DNA from: Selaginella moellendorffii | Lineage: Eukaryota; Plantae; Lycopodiophyta | Assembly (NCBI RefSeq): GCF_000143415.4 | Contig: NW_003314275.1 | Location: 1,307,955-1,371,954, forward strand | Direction: 5' to 3' | Length of the DNA: 64,000 nucleotides | In this document: piece after piece, positions 35,932-47,410 of the stretch | Numbering within the stretch: position 1 is the stretch's first letter | Layout of the letters: every line of letters starts with the position of its first letter | Program-made: the position numbers and the translations under genes | The notes under the pieces: model-generated | The model's database searches: none | The model's input: the letters and a program-made list of their open reading frames with translations, nothing else | Told to the model about the DNA's origin: nothing

Positions 35932-37140
35932 ATGAAAAAACACGACTGCCCATTTGGAGACACAAGCTGTACAAGATACGAAGACTGCCTTTTGTGTGGT
36001 TTCAGAAATTGTGCAAAACCGTACAAGCAATGCTATCCAAAATGGCGATGCGACACTTGCAAGCAAGCAAAAGCAAGACTCCAAATCAGGGATGAAAATG
36101 CCACAGCGGAGGAGAGTAGGAAACGAGAAGAAATAGCCCAAGAAAATGACACCAAAAAGAGAGACGATAGTTTAGAACAAGCAGCAAAACAAAGCTTTAG
36201 TTGCTTACAAAAACTTCAAGAAACGATTCTGCAACTCTTCTACAAATTGTCTAGTAAATATGAAGGATGCAAAAATGAGGAAATGTTGAAAGAAAAATAT
36301 GTTTACTTCGATTTCTTTGCAACTCGAAGAACCCTGACTTGGGTGTATCGTGGACACCTCTTTCAACAAACAATTGTCGAATTCCTAGGCATACACAAAC
36401 ATGAAACTTTTCAACCATTAACACTTGCTTTCAACACTGATTTGACAAGAGTCATAGCAGCAACAGAGTGTGGAATTTTTGAACCACAAGTTCGTTGGTT
36501 TGTGGACACTCTTAGATTTAGAGATTTCGAAGAGAACGCGGAATTACTTTACTGACTTCTTCAAAGTCCTCTTCGTGTAACGCTACCAACAAGCACTCTT
36601 ATCGAATTATATGCTATAGCATATTGGCACCGTTTAGGACGGAGGAGAATAGCTGGAGAATTAAGAAATCAAGGACAAAGCCATCAACAAATTCCAATTC
36701 GGAATTCGAGTTTAAGAAACCGACAGGAACCTGAACTTGCATCAAGTTCAAGGGAACGACTTGTAAACTCAAAGATAACAAGTTGAAGGAGGAGAAATTT
36801 AAGACAGAACCACAATAGGCCAAGATTAAATACAGTAACAAACTTCAACTTTGACACTGAGGTCCAACGTCGAAACCCCAGCCTGGAGCTACATATCACT
36901 CGCAACCAACAAGGAAGAGTGCGTCCAAGCAGTCTCAACATTTTAAGGAGTATTTTAGGAGATCCTGCGTTAAGGATTCAAACTTATAATGCAAGAGTAT
37001 TAATTGAGACTATCCCTTGGGAAGTTCGTGAAGCGATCGACTCTGATCATGAAAGAGAACATGCTATACGATTGAGGGAAATAGAACACCACCGGCAAGA
37101 ACAGCATCAGGGAAATGCACTATCACAAAATCAACCATAG
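35932..37140 (+). pseudogene. Extra 5' ORF of the LTR element, Cys-rich N-terminus, two internal TGA stops
   Basis: One frame of 403 codons broken only by TGA at 36553 and 36784; N-terminal HDCP...C...CLLC...C...C....CDTC. Confidence 0.6.
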
Positions 37141-37650
37141 AGAAAAGCGCGCTGGATAAACCTGCGCACACATAAGCTTAAAGCAACAAGAAAATGTTGG
37201 AAACTATACTATGACGTGTGGACATCATTAGAGACTAGAAACATACAAGAATTAGGACATTAAAATACAACCACTACTATATTTAGCATTTTCAAATACT
37301 ACTAACGACTGGGAAACACAAACACTCATAGTGAGAGCTCACATTCCAGTACGACCAACATATTGTAAGAGACCAAAACAATTGTTCAAGAATTCAGATA
37401 AGATTGGACTCCTAAAGAGAGTTGCAATCGTTTGCATACCTGCTCGATCCCAAACTTGGAGAGCAGCACCAAATATCACTAGCGAACAGCTACATCGATC
37501 AATATATGACACAACCAACCTCCTTCCACAAACAAAATCGTACTTACTTACACCACCAGATTTTTCAAATACAAGACCTTTCCTAAGCTAGACTCAGGAA
37601 AGTGACATTGAGAAGAAACTCGGGAAGAATCGAGAAAGAAAAACTCGATT

Positions 37651-37790
37651 GAAGACTCAAGACACAAGAGCTTGACTTCGCAACAAAACCAAACTTGTAG
37701 AAGACTCAAGACACAAGAGCTTGACTTTGCATTTATACAACAAAAACAAACTTGCAGAAGACTCAAGACATAAGAGCTTGACTTTGCAAT
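37651..37790 (+). repeat. Three copies of GAAGACTCAAGACAYAAGAGCTTGACTT upstream of gag
   Basis: Copies start at about 37652, 37700 and 37757. Confidence 0.8.
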
Positions 37791-37905
37791 CTATGAAGAA
37801 CAACATTTGACTCCAAACAACTTCGGCAAAACATAAATTCAGGAAACTTACCTCAACATTCAAGTTGAGAAGACTCAGCAAACTGAATGTACAAACACAA
37901 ACCAA

Positions 37906-40900
37906 ATGTACAAACACAAACCAGACCCAATCAAGATCTGGGAAAGAGATCTTCGACAAAAGAATCGAGAAGTGAAAAAGGAAGAGATAGAAAAAGAGAA
38001 ACTAGAACAACAACAGCAACAAATTTTAGAAACAATATTAGAGAAGTACGACAAGGAGGATAAAGAAATTCAAGTTGCCAAGTCGACCAACTCAGCCAAA
38101 GATAACAAAGAACTAAATAGTGAAGACACCCCAAAGTTTGAGGCATTTGAAGAAGCCGAATACATAGCACCAAAGTTTTACTCCAATCCAGACTCACCAG
38201 AACAACAACCTCACCAACAAAGTCTACAATTTCAAATGGCAATCATCAACCCAGCGACAGCCATAGGGAACATGATTTCCTATCCCATTTTTACTGGTGG
38301 AAAAACCAAAGATGCGAACCAGCATCTTAAACAATTTGATCAAATTGTACAGATGAACAAACAGGAAATGCATCGAGAAATACTTTTCCCATACACCCTT
38401 AAAGGAAAAGCACTCGATTGGCATAATACACTCGATGATGCTTTGACCCATGATGAAAAGGTCACACAATTCAAGGAGCAATTCCAGACCGGTGGAACTC
38501 CAGAAGAACACTATGAGATCATCAAAAACTTCAAGCAAAAATCACGTGAAGGAATTCAAGATTACACTCAAAGATTTAAGTTTCATGCAAAGCGCTGCAA
38601 GGATTTAATAACAGATAAAGGAAAGAGCTTATCCTATATCCAAGGACTAAAAGAAATATATAGAAACATGGTAGCAATTGTTGCTGCAACAGAGAATCCA
38701 GATGATGAAAGTGTTGATACACTCTCCAAAGAAATCCTCACATTGGAAAAGCGATTCAAGCAATTCACAAAAGCTATACCTTCACAAACCGATGACGGTT
38801 CAGATGATGAAGAAGAGGAAGAAATACGCATTAAGACAAAGAAGAAAACACCAAAAGACCAAGACTTGAAGGATATAATCAGGAAAATCTCACAAACCGA
38901 ACTCAAAGCAGGAGTGTGGTGTACAAAGTGTAAAAACAAGGGACATACATATTTGGAATGCAAATTACAACTTCCAAAGTGTCAAATTTGTGAAAGAGAA
39001 GGCCATACAGCCAAGAAATGCCGATACAGGAATACAATAGAAGTTTCAAGAATCGAGAATGTTCCTCGACAAGAGCCCAATCCTCAATATCAAGGCAACT
39101 GGAATCAAAACGCGCGACCACCACGAAATCAACTTCCAAGATATAACAATTATTATCAACGTGATGATAATTTGTATAATCAAAGACAAAACTATTACCA
39201 GCGAGACAATAGCAACTACAATAGAATACCCCCACAAGATCAAAGACCAAACAACTATACTGGAAATTATGGAAGAAACTACAATACATATCAGCAACGT
39301 GATGGACCTCAGGACAATTATCAACGTCCTCCCCCACGGAATTACAATTATGATCAAGAACTATATCGGAATTATAATCAAAGACCACCTCAGGCTCAAG
39401 GTTACAATTACAACCAGCAACCTGCACCGCAGCAAGATAATCGTCCTCGACAACCTTACCAAAATGTAAATCGCGAAAATAACCAAGGAGTAAACAATCA
39501 GGCTCCGAGGCCAAGACCACCAGCAACACGGAATGTTGAGGTGGAAATTGACGAACCACAAACTTTTGAAGAACCAGCAATACGAACTATCACGAGACAA
39601 CAATACAAGTCTCAGCAACCAGATAATCTGGAAGAACAAGATTACAATGATGAAATTGAAATTATCCCAGAAACCAAATGGAAGAAAAGCAAGAAAATAC
39701 TACAAGCAATTCAGGCTGAATTGCAGGAACAAGAACCACAGGTCATTGAAGACCATGACAAACCATCCAACGATCATCAAACAACAAGTTTCTCTGAAGA
39801 AGAGCACACCTCACTTGCAGAACAAATACTGCAACACGGAATTACATTAACCTTACAACAAATACTTCAAATAGCACCATATCTTAAGAGCCAAATACTA
39901 AAGATTTGTTGTCCACAAATTCCTGATGCTCGCACTCAAGAAAAGCAATTTCCATCTAAAACTGAGAAAGAGGATAACGTAAAAATCCAACCTGAAGATT
40001 ACGATGATAATGTACCTTGTATTGACCTCAACATAGGCAAGAATCAAATCAATGGAGCAATACTCAATGGAGGCTCAGGCGTGAATATCATCAAGCATGG
40101 TATATGTAAAGCAATGGGACTTGGACCTATACAACCTGCTCCCTTTAATGTCCGCATGGCAGACCAACAAGTTGTAAGACCAGCTGGCATAATAAGAGAT
40201 ATCACCATTGGAATCAAAGGACACAAGTTCAAGATCAACTTCGTGGTATTAAAAATGCCAATTGAAGAATCCTCTTACGAACTCTTACTTGGAAGACCAT
40301 GGCTAAACAAAGCAGTTTATGCTCAATATTGGATGGACCATGAAATTTGTATACAATCAGACAAAGGACAAACGAAAATAGCTACAACTACAACCAGGAA
40401 AATTCCGAAAAGATTTCAACCAATTCAAGCCCAAGAATACAATTGGCAAGAAGGCTTGGACGACCACGAGGAGGCACAAGAAAAACGAGTGGAAGTTCAG
40501 GACGAACAAGGAGAATTCCAAAAGGAAACTCCAAAGGAACAGGGACTTGTGGAGCATGAGAACACGCAGGAGGAACCACCCCATGTCGAAGAAAACCCAG
40601 AGGATCACACGCAGGAAATTCCACTGCCAGAGATACACACTCAAGACGAAAGCACTCAAATTGACAAAGCTGATCCGAAGCAGCCCCCGGAAGCTCAAGT
40701 TTGCAGTCTTGAGTCAACAACACAAGACTGTAACCTTGAGCCCGAAACGGTTGTGATAACCGCCACGGCCAAGGACAACGACAAGGGTTTCGACAAAGCA
40801 AGTCACGGGCTCTCACCAATCGACGAAGCTGACGAGATGGACACCCGTGGACAGCAGGATGGAGCAGAGCGACACCTCCACAACTGCCCTCCACGCCGCT

Positions 40901-41178
40901 ACACACCGGAGAAACGAGGCCGTGAGGAGCAGGATCGCAGCAGTCATGGCAACAAGCTTCCCCACAACTTCCTGCAGCAGTATCACGACTCAAAGCTTGC
41001 CGTGTACACTCGCGAAGGCATCAAAAGCTTCTACGAGAAGACGTTCATCAAGCCGACGGAGCAGCGCCTTTCCAAGCTTGAGGACGGATTTAAGCAGCTG
41101 AACGCCGCCATCAAGAGCATCCGCAGTCATGGAATCCCGACTCCGAAATCCTGTAAGGAATCTTTTGATCTTGCGTAG
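37906..41178 (+). CDS. gag: Gag-protease polyprotein fused to an unrelated C-terminal region
   Basis: Capsid-like FPYTLKGKALDW and KQKSREGIQDY; two CCHC knuckles; N/Q/Y-rich spacer; protease AILNGGSGVNI...YELLLGRPWL; then an acidic/coiled-coil tail instead of RT. Confidence 0.85.
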   Translation: MYKHKPDPIKIWERDLRQKNREVKKEEIEKEKLEQQQQQILETILEKYDKEDKEIQVAKSTNSAKDNKELNSEDTPKFEAFEEAEYIAPKFYSNPDSPEQQPHQQSLQFQMAIINPATAIGNMISYPIFTGGKTKDANQHLKQFDQIVQMNKQEMHREILFPYTLKGKALDWHNTLDDALTHDEKVTQFKEQFQTGGTPEEHYEIIKNFKQKSREGIQDYTQRFKFHAKRCKDLITDKGKSLSYIQGLKEIYRNMVAIVAATENPDDESVDTLSKEILTLEKRFKQFTKAIPSQTDDGSDDEEEEEIRIKTKKKTPKDQDLKDIIRKISQTELKAGVWCTKCKNKGHTYLECKLQLPKCQICEREGHTAKKCRYRNTIEVSRIENVPRQEPNPQYQGNWNQNARPPRNQLPRYNNYYQRDDNLYNQRQNYYQRDNSNYNRIPPQDQRPNNYTGNYGRNYNTYQQRDGPQDNYQRPPPRNYNYDQELYRNYNQRPPQAQGYNYNQQPAPQQDNRPRQPYQNVNRENNQGVNNQAPRPRPPATRNVEVEIDEPQTFEEPAIRTITRQQYKSQQPDNLEEQDYNDEIEIIPETKWKKSKKILQAIQAELQEQEPQVIEDHDKPSNDHQTTSFSEEEHTSLAEQILQHGITLTLQQILQIAPYLKSQILKICCPQIPDARTQEKQFPSKTEKEDNVKIQPEDYDDNVPCIDLNIGKNQINGAILNGGSGVNIIKHGICKAMGLGPIQPAPFNVRMADQQVVRPAGIIRDITIGIKGHKFKINFVVLKMPIEESSYELLLGRPWLNKAVYAQYWMDHEICIQSDKGQTKIATTTTRKIPKRFQPIQAQEYNWQEGLDDHEEAQEKRVEVQDEQGEFQKETPKEQGLVEHENTQEEPPHVEENPEDHTQEIPLPEIHTQDESTQIDKADPKQPPEAQVCSLESTTQDCNLEPETVVITATAKDNDKGFDKASHGLSPIDEADEMDTRGQQDGAERHLHNCPPRRYTPEKRGREEQDRSSHGNKLPHNFLQQYHDSKLAVYTREGIKSFYEKTFIKPTEQRLSKLEDGFKQLNAAIKSIRSHGIPTPKSCKESFDLA

Positions 41179-41368
41179 CAGTACGAGCAGGAAAATGCAA
41201 GGCTCAACAAGGAGCTGCTCGCAGCAAAAGAAAGAATTCGCGCACTCGAGGAAGCAACTCAGACTTATGACGAGGAGGAAGAGGAGGAGGAACCGCATGA
41301 GGGAACTACCCACGATGCAGCGATGGAGCAGTGACTGCGGGACGCAGCACAAAGCAGTCGTGGGAGAG

Positions 41369-41786
41369 TGGAGAAGGGAGAAAAAGACAAGCTCGAGGAT
41401 TCAAGCTTAGGAAAGTAAACTTGAGAGGTTCAAGGTTAGGACTGTATTCCTAACCTTGACATGAGCAGTAGCAACTATAAAAGTAGGACTTAGAATGTTT
41501 TTAGACTTATCCCTAATACAAAATACATTGCAATACATCGTCTTTCTGCCTATCTCTTCGGCCCTTCACAACAATGTCTTACTTACCCACCGCCTTCAAG
41601 GGATCAAAGGCGTGGGACTAGCACCTTCAAGCACATGTTCACAATCTCTACTTGGCTTGGCACAAGCAGGTAAGTGCACTCTTCTTGTAGTGTAGTTTTA
41701 GTTTTAGGGACTAGATTAGATTTGAAACTCCTAGGAAGATCTCGTGTGGACGTTTCCTCCCAGTTTAGAGATTCCAGGAGTTTTCA
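41369..41786 (+). repeat. 3' LTR
   Basis: Direct repeat of 35136-35553. Confidence 0.95.
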
Positions 41787-42079
41787 ATGGTAGTCATATT
41801 AGAGCACACCTCTATTATTAAATTACAACTCAAAAAGACTTTGTCATGTGATCAAATCTAGGACAAAATAGAAATTGTACATTGCTAGCAAATATTTGCA
41901 GAATGTAATGAAGATTTACTGCATCCATGATGAACGGCTGTGATGAAAGTTAGGTTAGGGTTAAGGCGGCTGCCGGTATTAGGGTTTTACAGAAAGTAGA
42001 GTAGGAGATTAGGAGTGACTATGGGATCCATCGGCGTCAAATAGAATGCCGCAAAGAGTAAGTTTTTTTCTCCTCCACT

Positions 42080-43080
42080 CCCATGCCACGCCCAGTGCCA
42101 CCACGCCCAGCACTGCCGCACCTAGCACCGCCACACCCAACGCCACCACGCCCACACCACGCCCAGCGCCACCACTACCCAACGCCGTCGCACCCACGCC
42201 ACCCAGCACCACTGCTGCCCAGTGCTGCCGCGTCCACGCCACACCCAGCCCCGCTGCTGCCATGCCCAGCCCCGCTACTGCCATGCCCAACACCGCCACT
42301 GCCAAGTGCCCGAGCTGGGCATTTGGCCGGGCACTCCGCCCGGGCCGGCCATGGTGTTTGGGGGTGGGCCGGTACGCTGGTGAACCAGTGCCCGTGCCAA
42401 GTGCTTGGGCCGGGCACTCTGTGCGGGCCTGCCACGGCACTTGGGGGTGGGCCAGTACGCCGGCAAACTGGCGCCCACTCCAAGTGCCTGTGCCAAGTGC
42501 CTGTGGTGGGCACTTGGTGCAGGCCGGCCACGGAACTTGGGGCGGGTTGGCACCTGTGCCAAGTGCCTGTGGCGGGCACTTGGTGTAGGCCGACCACAGT
42601 GCTTAGGGGTGGGCCGGTACACCGGCGAACCAGCGCTTGTGCCAAGTGCCTGCGCTAAGTGCCTGGACCGGGCACTCCACATGGGCCGGCCATGGCACTT
42701 GGGGGTGGGCCGGTATGCTGGCAAACTAGCACCCGCGCCAAGTGCTCGGGCTGGGCAGTCCGTACGGGCCAGCCATGGCACTTAAGGGTGGGCCAGTATG
42801 CTAGCGAACCAGCGCCCGCGCCAAGTGCCCGCACCAAGTGCCTAGGCCGGGCACTCCGCGTGGGCCGGCCACAGCACTTGGGGGCAGGCTGGTACGCTGG
42901 TGAACCAGCGCCCGCACCAAATGCCCCCTTGTGGGCCGGCCACAGCACATGGGGGCAGGCTGGTATGCTGGCGAACTAGCGCCCGCACCAAATGCCCAGG
43001 CTGGGCACTCCTTGTGGGCCGGCCATGGAACTTGGGGGTGGGCTGGTATACCGGCGAACCGGTGCCCGTGCCAAGTGCTC
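42080..43080. repeat. GC-rich low-complexity tract followed by a 60-90-bp-unit minisatellite with internal inverted repeats
   Basis: Recurring GCCAAGTGC, GGGCACTC, GGCCGGCCA, GCACTTGGGGG and CGCTGGTGAACCAGCG blocks. Confidence 0.85.
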
Positions 43081-43292
43081 CACGCTTCTTATGCATTTTT
43101 ATTTTAAATTTTTTTTATTTTCAGAAACAAAAACAACTACAAAAGGAGAAGGATGTTGGATCAAAGAGAACAAGACATGAAGAAGATGAGATCCAGGATG
43201 ACAATTAATTTGACTTTCAGATAAAGATTTTCACAGCAACAACTCTGCCGTTTTCGCAACCAAATAGCTCCAGTCCACATGCACCCCCATTT

Positions 43293-43500
43293 TTGCCACC
43301 ACCACCATTACCATCGCCACCACCTTCACCACCATTGCCATCTCTACCTTCATCACCACCATTGCCATCTCTACCTTCATCACCACCATTACCACCACCG
43401 CCATCATCACCATTACTACCACCACCACCACCATCATCACCACCAGCAGTGCCATTGCAACCATTGTCATCACTACCATTGCTGCCACAACCACAAATGC
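43293..43500. repeat. CAC/CAT trinucleotide-rich tract (Pro/Ser-rich if translated)
   Basis: Degenerate (CCA)n/(CAT)n with a duplicated 30-bp unit. Confidence 0.7.
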
Positions 43501-43579
43501 CACTATTCTTAACATATTCGCAAAATATGGCAGAAACTAGCTACATTACGGAGTAGTGTTTAGGTGTGCCTAACAGGGT

Positions 43580-44243
43580 GGAGCACAAGCAAAAATGGTC
43601 ACTTGTCCTCGTCCAGATGGTTAGGCGCATAAGGCTGGTAAAAGATCACCTGAAAGAAGAAAGTTTCTCAACCAAGTTCTCAAAACAGTTGAGAGTCACC
43701 TTTCCTTGCATTTGAAGTTGCCATGCTTCCATATGTAATGTAGACCAATCATCCTCACCAATGGATTCGACTAAACCACAGAAGCACACCTTTGTAAGAG
43801 AAGAAAAGCAAGTTGGAAAGCTCTCACCTCTTGACTCGATCCTATACGCAAGCTACTCAACATCCTTGGAAAGAAGAAAAAGCCGGTAACTGGCCTGCTC
43901 GCCTTCACTAGCATGGAAGTAGAGGAATAGAGCTCTACTCACGGAAGCTTTCACCAAAGCCTGCATGTTTCCTGCATTGTCGTAGAGATCATGCTCACAG
44001 TACCTTATAGCCAATGGATATGGTGGCAAAGAGAGAAAGTTCTCTTTTGTCCCCGGACGATGGCCGTCATGAAACGGAGAGAGCAAGATGTGAGCGAGTG
44101 CTTCGTCTCTCACAACTATAGTCCTGTCGCTAGCCTGGATTGGTATCACCACCCTAATCCAAAATAGACACTCGATACGTCATGACTTCCTATCCCAAAC
44201 CCTTCGTTTCACCACCTCATAACAAAACTTTGTTACCGCGACT
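43580..44243 (-). pseudogene. Inverted copy of part of the MULE/SWIM gene (about 24175-24850), introns retained
   Basis: VIPIQASDRTIVVRDEALAHILLSPFHDGHRPGTKEN matches the 23376 gene; both short introns are copied. Confidence 0.9.
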
Positions 44244-44550
44244 ATGCTTGTAACTTCTTATTGGGACCCAAGAAATATCTGATCTTGAATCAAAATTCAT
44301 GAGTTGGCTATACATGTTGGTCAAACTCCCGAATGTGATCACAATCACGTAGCACCCCACATCTTCATTAAAGTGGATAGAACTTATTCCTGTTGTATTG
44401 AACTTCCTAAGGCTCCATAAAGGCAATTTACCCTACAAAAAGAATGAGAAAATGAGCCATTTGTTGAAAATCCAGCTTGAGGCACTTCTATCCTCACTCC
44501 TCCAGTCTCAAAATCTAAAGAGGAAGACCAAGATTTTGAAGAACTTGCTT
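44244..44550 (-). pseudogene. Inverted copy of the aspartic protease upstream region and 5' CDS (about 1540-1870)
   Basis: PLWSLRKFNTT..SIHFNEDVG.YV.VITFGSLTNM.SQLMNFDS matches the 1627 gene; upstream AAGTTCTTCAAAATCTTGGTCTTCCTCTT also shared. Confidence 0.9.
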
Positions 44551-44554
44551 AATA

Positions 44555-46300
44555 CTCTTATCAGGTTTATCACAAGATGAGGTTCATATGCTCAAGAATT
44601 CCATAACTTTCGAATAACACTCTTTTCTAACATCTCTTTGACGTTTGCATATAAAATCTTGATTTATTTGGGTGACCAATGATGAACAAGAACCTTGATT
44701 GAATAAACATCCCCAGTTGGAATAAAATCATATATTGTAATCTTGGCCCTAAACGACAGATCAAATTTAAAAAGATCAACATACTCCTTCATGAGCTGGT
44801 CAATTGCTACAACACAAAGATTATTAGAGGGATCGAAAAAAGGACAAAAGAAACAAGACAGAAATATAAAAGGAAGTAATGGGGAGGCAAAAGTGATGGA
44901 AGCAAAGGTAAAAGTAAAGGGACAAAAAAGTGCAAAAATGAAATAAACTGAAAAAATATAAGGAAATATGAGATAAGGGGGAGAAGCCTTAAAATTACAC
45001 TTTGTAAGATTGCGCCACAACTAATCTATACCAAGGATGAGGTCAAAAGTTTGACTCAACACCACCTACAATGACTACAACTCAAACTTGAGATTTCCCA
45101 CATACACAACTAGATCTACCTCATCCTGTGCACATGCATGTGTACGGCTGTTACTATAAAGAATGAAAATTCACTCTACTGCATAATGCAAATGTAAACA
45201 GTAATGTATGGCAGCAAGCCGAGTAATAGAAGATAAACTTGAGCCTATATCAACCAACACAAAGGAAATAATAGGGACTTCTTGTTATAAAAACGAGTTT
45301 GTAAAGTAAACATTAGATGAACTACACTTGATGATACTCCCAAAAGAAAGATAAAGGGGTCATTGATTTATTCACACAAGATCTCTCCAATACTCGAGTG
45401 ACTCTTTATTTCTAAGAAGCATCTTTATATCTAGACCTTCCATTGCAACAGCACCAACATGATGTTATTGATGCCAAGGTCTCCACCTAGAAAATATAGA
45501 TTGCTAATCTGAAAAACATTGACAACTCTAATAAATATAACCAACTTCATCACATGCTTAGTAGCAGACATCACAACCACAACCACATCCTCACCTTTGT
45601 CTTTAAACTTGGGCAGCAGCAACATCAACCTCTATTGGAATAGGACCATCTTCCACAGGAAATAGAGATAAAGGATGTGCAGTGAAAAGTGGAAAAGGTA
45701 ATATTTTATAATGTTATGCCAAACAAAGAGCATCATCAAAGGTGGTTGAAGCAAGTGCATGCACAAGTCCTACAAGATTTTGATGAAGTGCTAGCCACAA
45801 CATTCCTAACTTAATCTTCTCTGATATATTTGGCTCTACACAAAATAAAAGGCTTTGAAAACAAATGCCAAATTGTATCATGGACTCAAATGGCCTTGGA
45901 TGAAGATGATGCAATTGTTGAAAGGCATCATCATAATTGTTAGGATGTCCAAATAAGTGTTTGAAGACGTTTAGGAGAATGCTCCAATCCTCACGAATGA
46001 CTGCACTCAAACCATTGTAGGGCCATCCCTAGAGACACATGGGAAACTCATGTAAACACCGAGCATCATCCTAAGAATGATATATGGTAATCATCGTAAA
46101 GTGATCCAACTAATGGTACACATCATCCTTAGAATTCCCACAAAAGAACTCTGGTTGGACGCAAGAAACAACAATAAGAGCAAGAGGAATTATACCATAT
46201 GCCGTGAATGTTACCATCAATTGAGTTTGATTGTTCAATTGCAATCACATAGCATCAAGCAATTGCATCAACTACTACTCCAAAGTTAGAGGAGGAGGAG
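44555..46300 (-). mobile_element. Old Ty3/gypsy gag-protease-RT start remnant
   Basis: Gag-like frame 45714-46010; protease VLVDIGSSLS and FDLILGID*L; RT start VKEMLEKSVIR; many stops. Boundaries approximate. Confidence 0.65.
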
Positions 46301-46908
46301 GTTGTTGCTTTGCCATGAAAATGAATAAAAAGGAAAAAGCAAAAGATAAGAAGTTGAGAAAAATTATAAAAAAAGGGAAATCTAAACAATGCAAAAGTTA
46401 GATTTAAACCAAAATCCCAAATCTTAACACTCCTTAGGGACAATTAAAGTTGCCCTTCATTTTCACTAACATGAGTGCATGGAATATAGAAAGAGAATAT
46501 AAAATTATATATATCATTTAGCCCAAAAACCATAGTTTATATACAAGAGCAAATGGTCCAAATTCCAACCAAAATCTCACTATACTAGTATTAGTATATG
46601 GCATCATAGCCCCTCTCAAACACTTCGTCTCTAGATGAATACCCCACCCTTCCATCATTTCTATCCTCCTCTTCACTACCGTCATCCTCTTTCGACCACT
46701 TTGAAGTAGGCAAGATGGTTTTCTTCCACGTATCGGTAGATACACTTGGACCTCACATGTTGATATTAAGCCAAATTAGTCACATATTTATGTTATAAAG
46801 ATAAATCATATTTTTCTTTAATGATCATATACTGGAAGAAAATTTAGTGAGAGTTCCAACTAATGATTTTTTATTGTATCTATATCTCTCCAAATAACCA
46901 AAAAGGTT

Positions 46909-47052
46909 CCTTATAATAACTATATTATGAGTATTTATAATTTAACTTTACTATTATATATTTTAGCAAAAAATGTGCCTTATAATAACTATATTATGAG
47001 TATTTATAATTCAACTTTACTATTATATATTTTAGCACAAAATGTGCCTTAT
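46909..47052. repeat. 69-bp AT-rich tandem duplication
   Basis: CCTTATAATAACTATATTATGAG... at 46909 and 46978. Confidence 0.9.
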
Positions 47053-47410
47053 CATGATTAGGTAGAATGTCTATAATTTATAATTAGAACATTAATTTTA
47101 TTGCATATTACAAATTAAGTGGTGGAATAAACTAGAAGAGGAAGTTTTAAAATTATAAATACAAAATAAATCTAAATGCATAACAACTGTTAGATGGTAA
47201 AATATTTCAAAAAATTCAATCATATTCTATATATTCACTTAAACCAAAAAGTAAATTTAAGCCGTTTATAAATTATATAAACATGTTTATAATTTTTAAA
47301 CTCAAAAGTAATCTAAAAGAATATCAACCGTTAGATCATAAAATATGCTAGAATATCCAAACAAATTCTAAGTATATCCATCAGTCATTAAAATCATCAC
47401 TCTGTTAGCG

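Larger units (their letters stand above)
35136..41786 (+). mobile_element. Non-autonomous Ty3/gypsy-like LTR retrotransposon (6651 bp)
   Basis: 418-bp TG...CA LTRs; target-site duplication ATGGC/ATGGT; PBS TGGCGACCACGGTGGGA; gag and protease present, RT/RNaseH/integrase absent. Confidence 0.92.

Noticed and set aside
42300-43080. CRISPR-like array of hairpin repeats
   Set aside because: No unique spacers and no cas genes; eukaryotic context. It is a degenerate tandem repeat.
42009-43556. Pro/Gly/His-rich ORFs
   Set aside because: Open in several frames because of GC-rich repeats; no coherent domain.
43536-43576. Helitron 3' end (CTAG plus hairpin) for the captured fragments
   Set aside because: The hairpin is short, weak and not at the canonical spacing.
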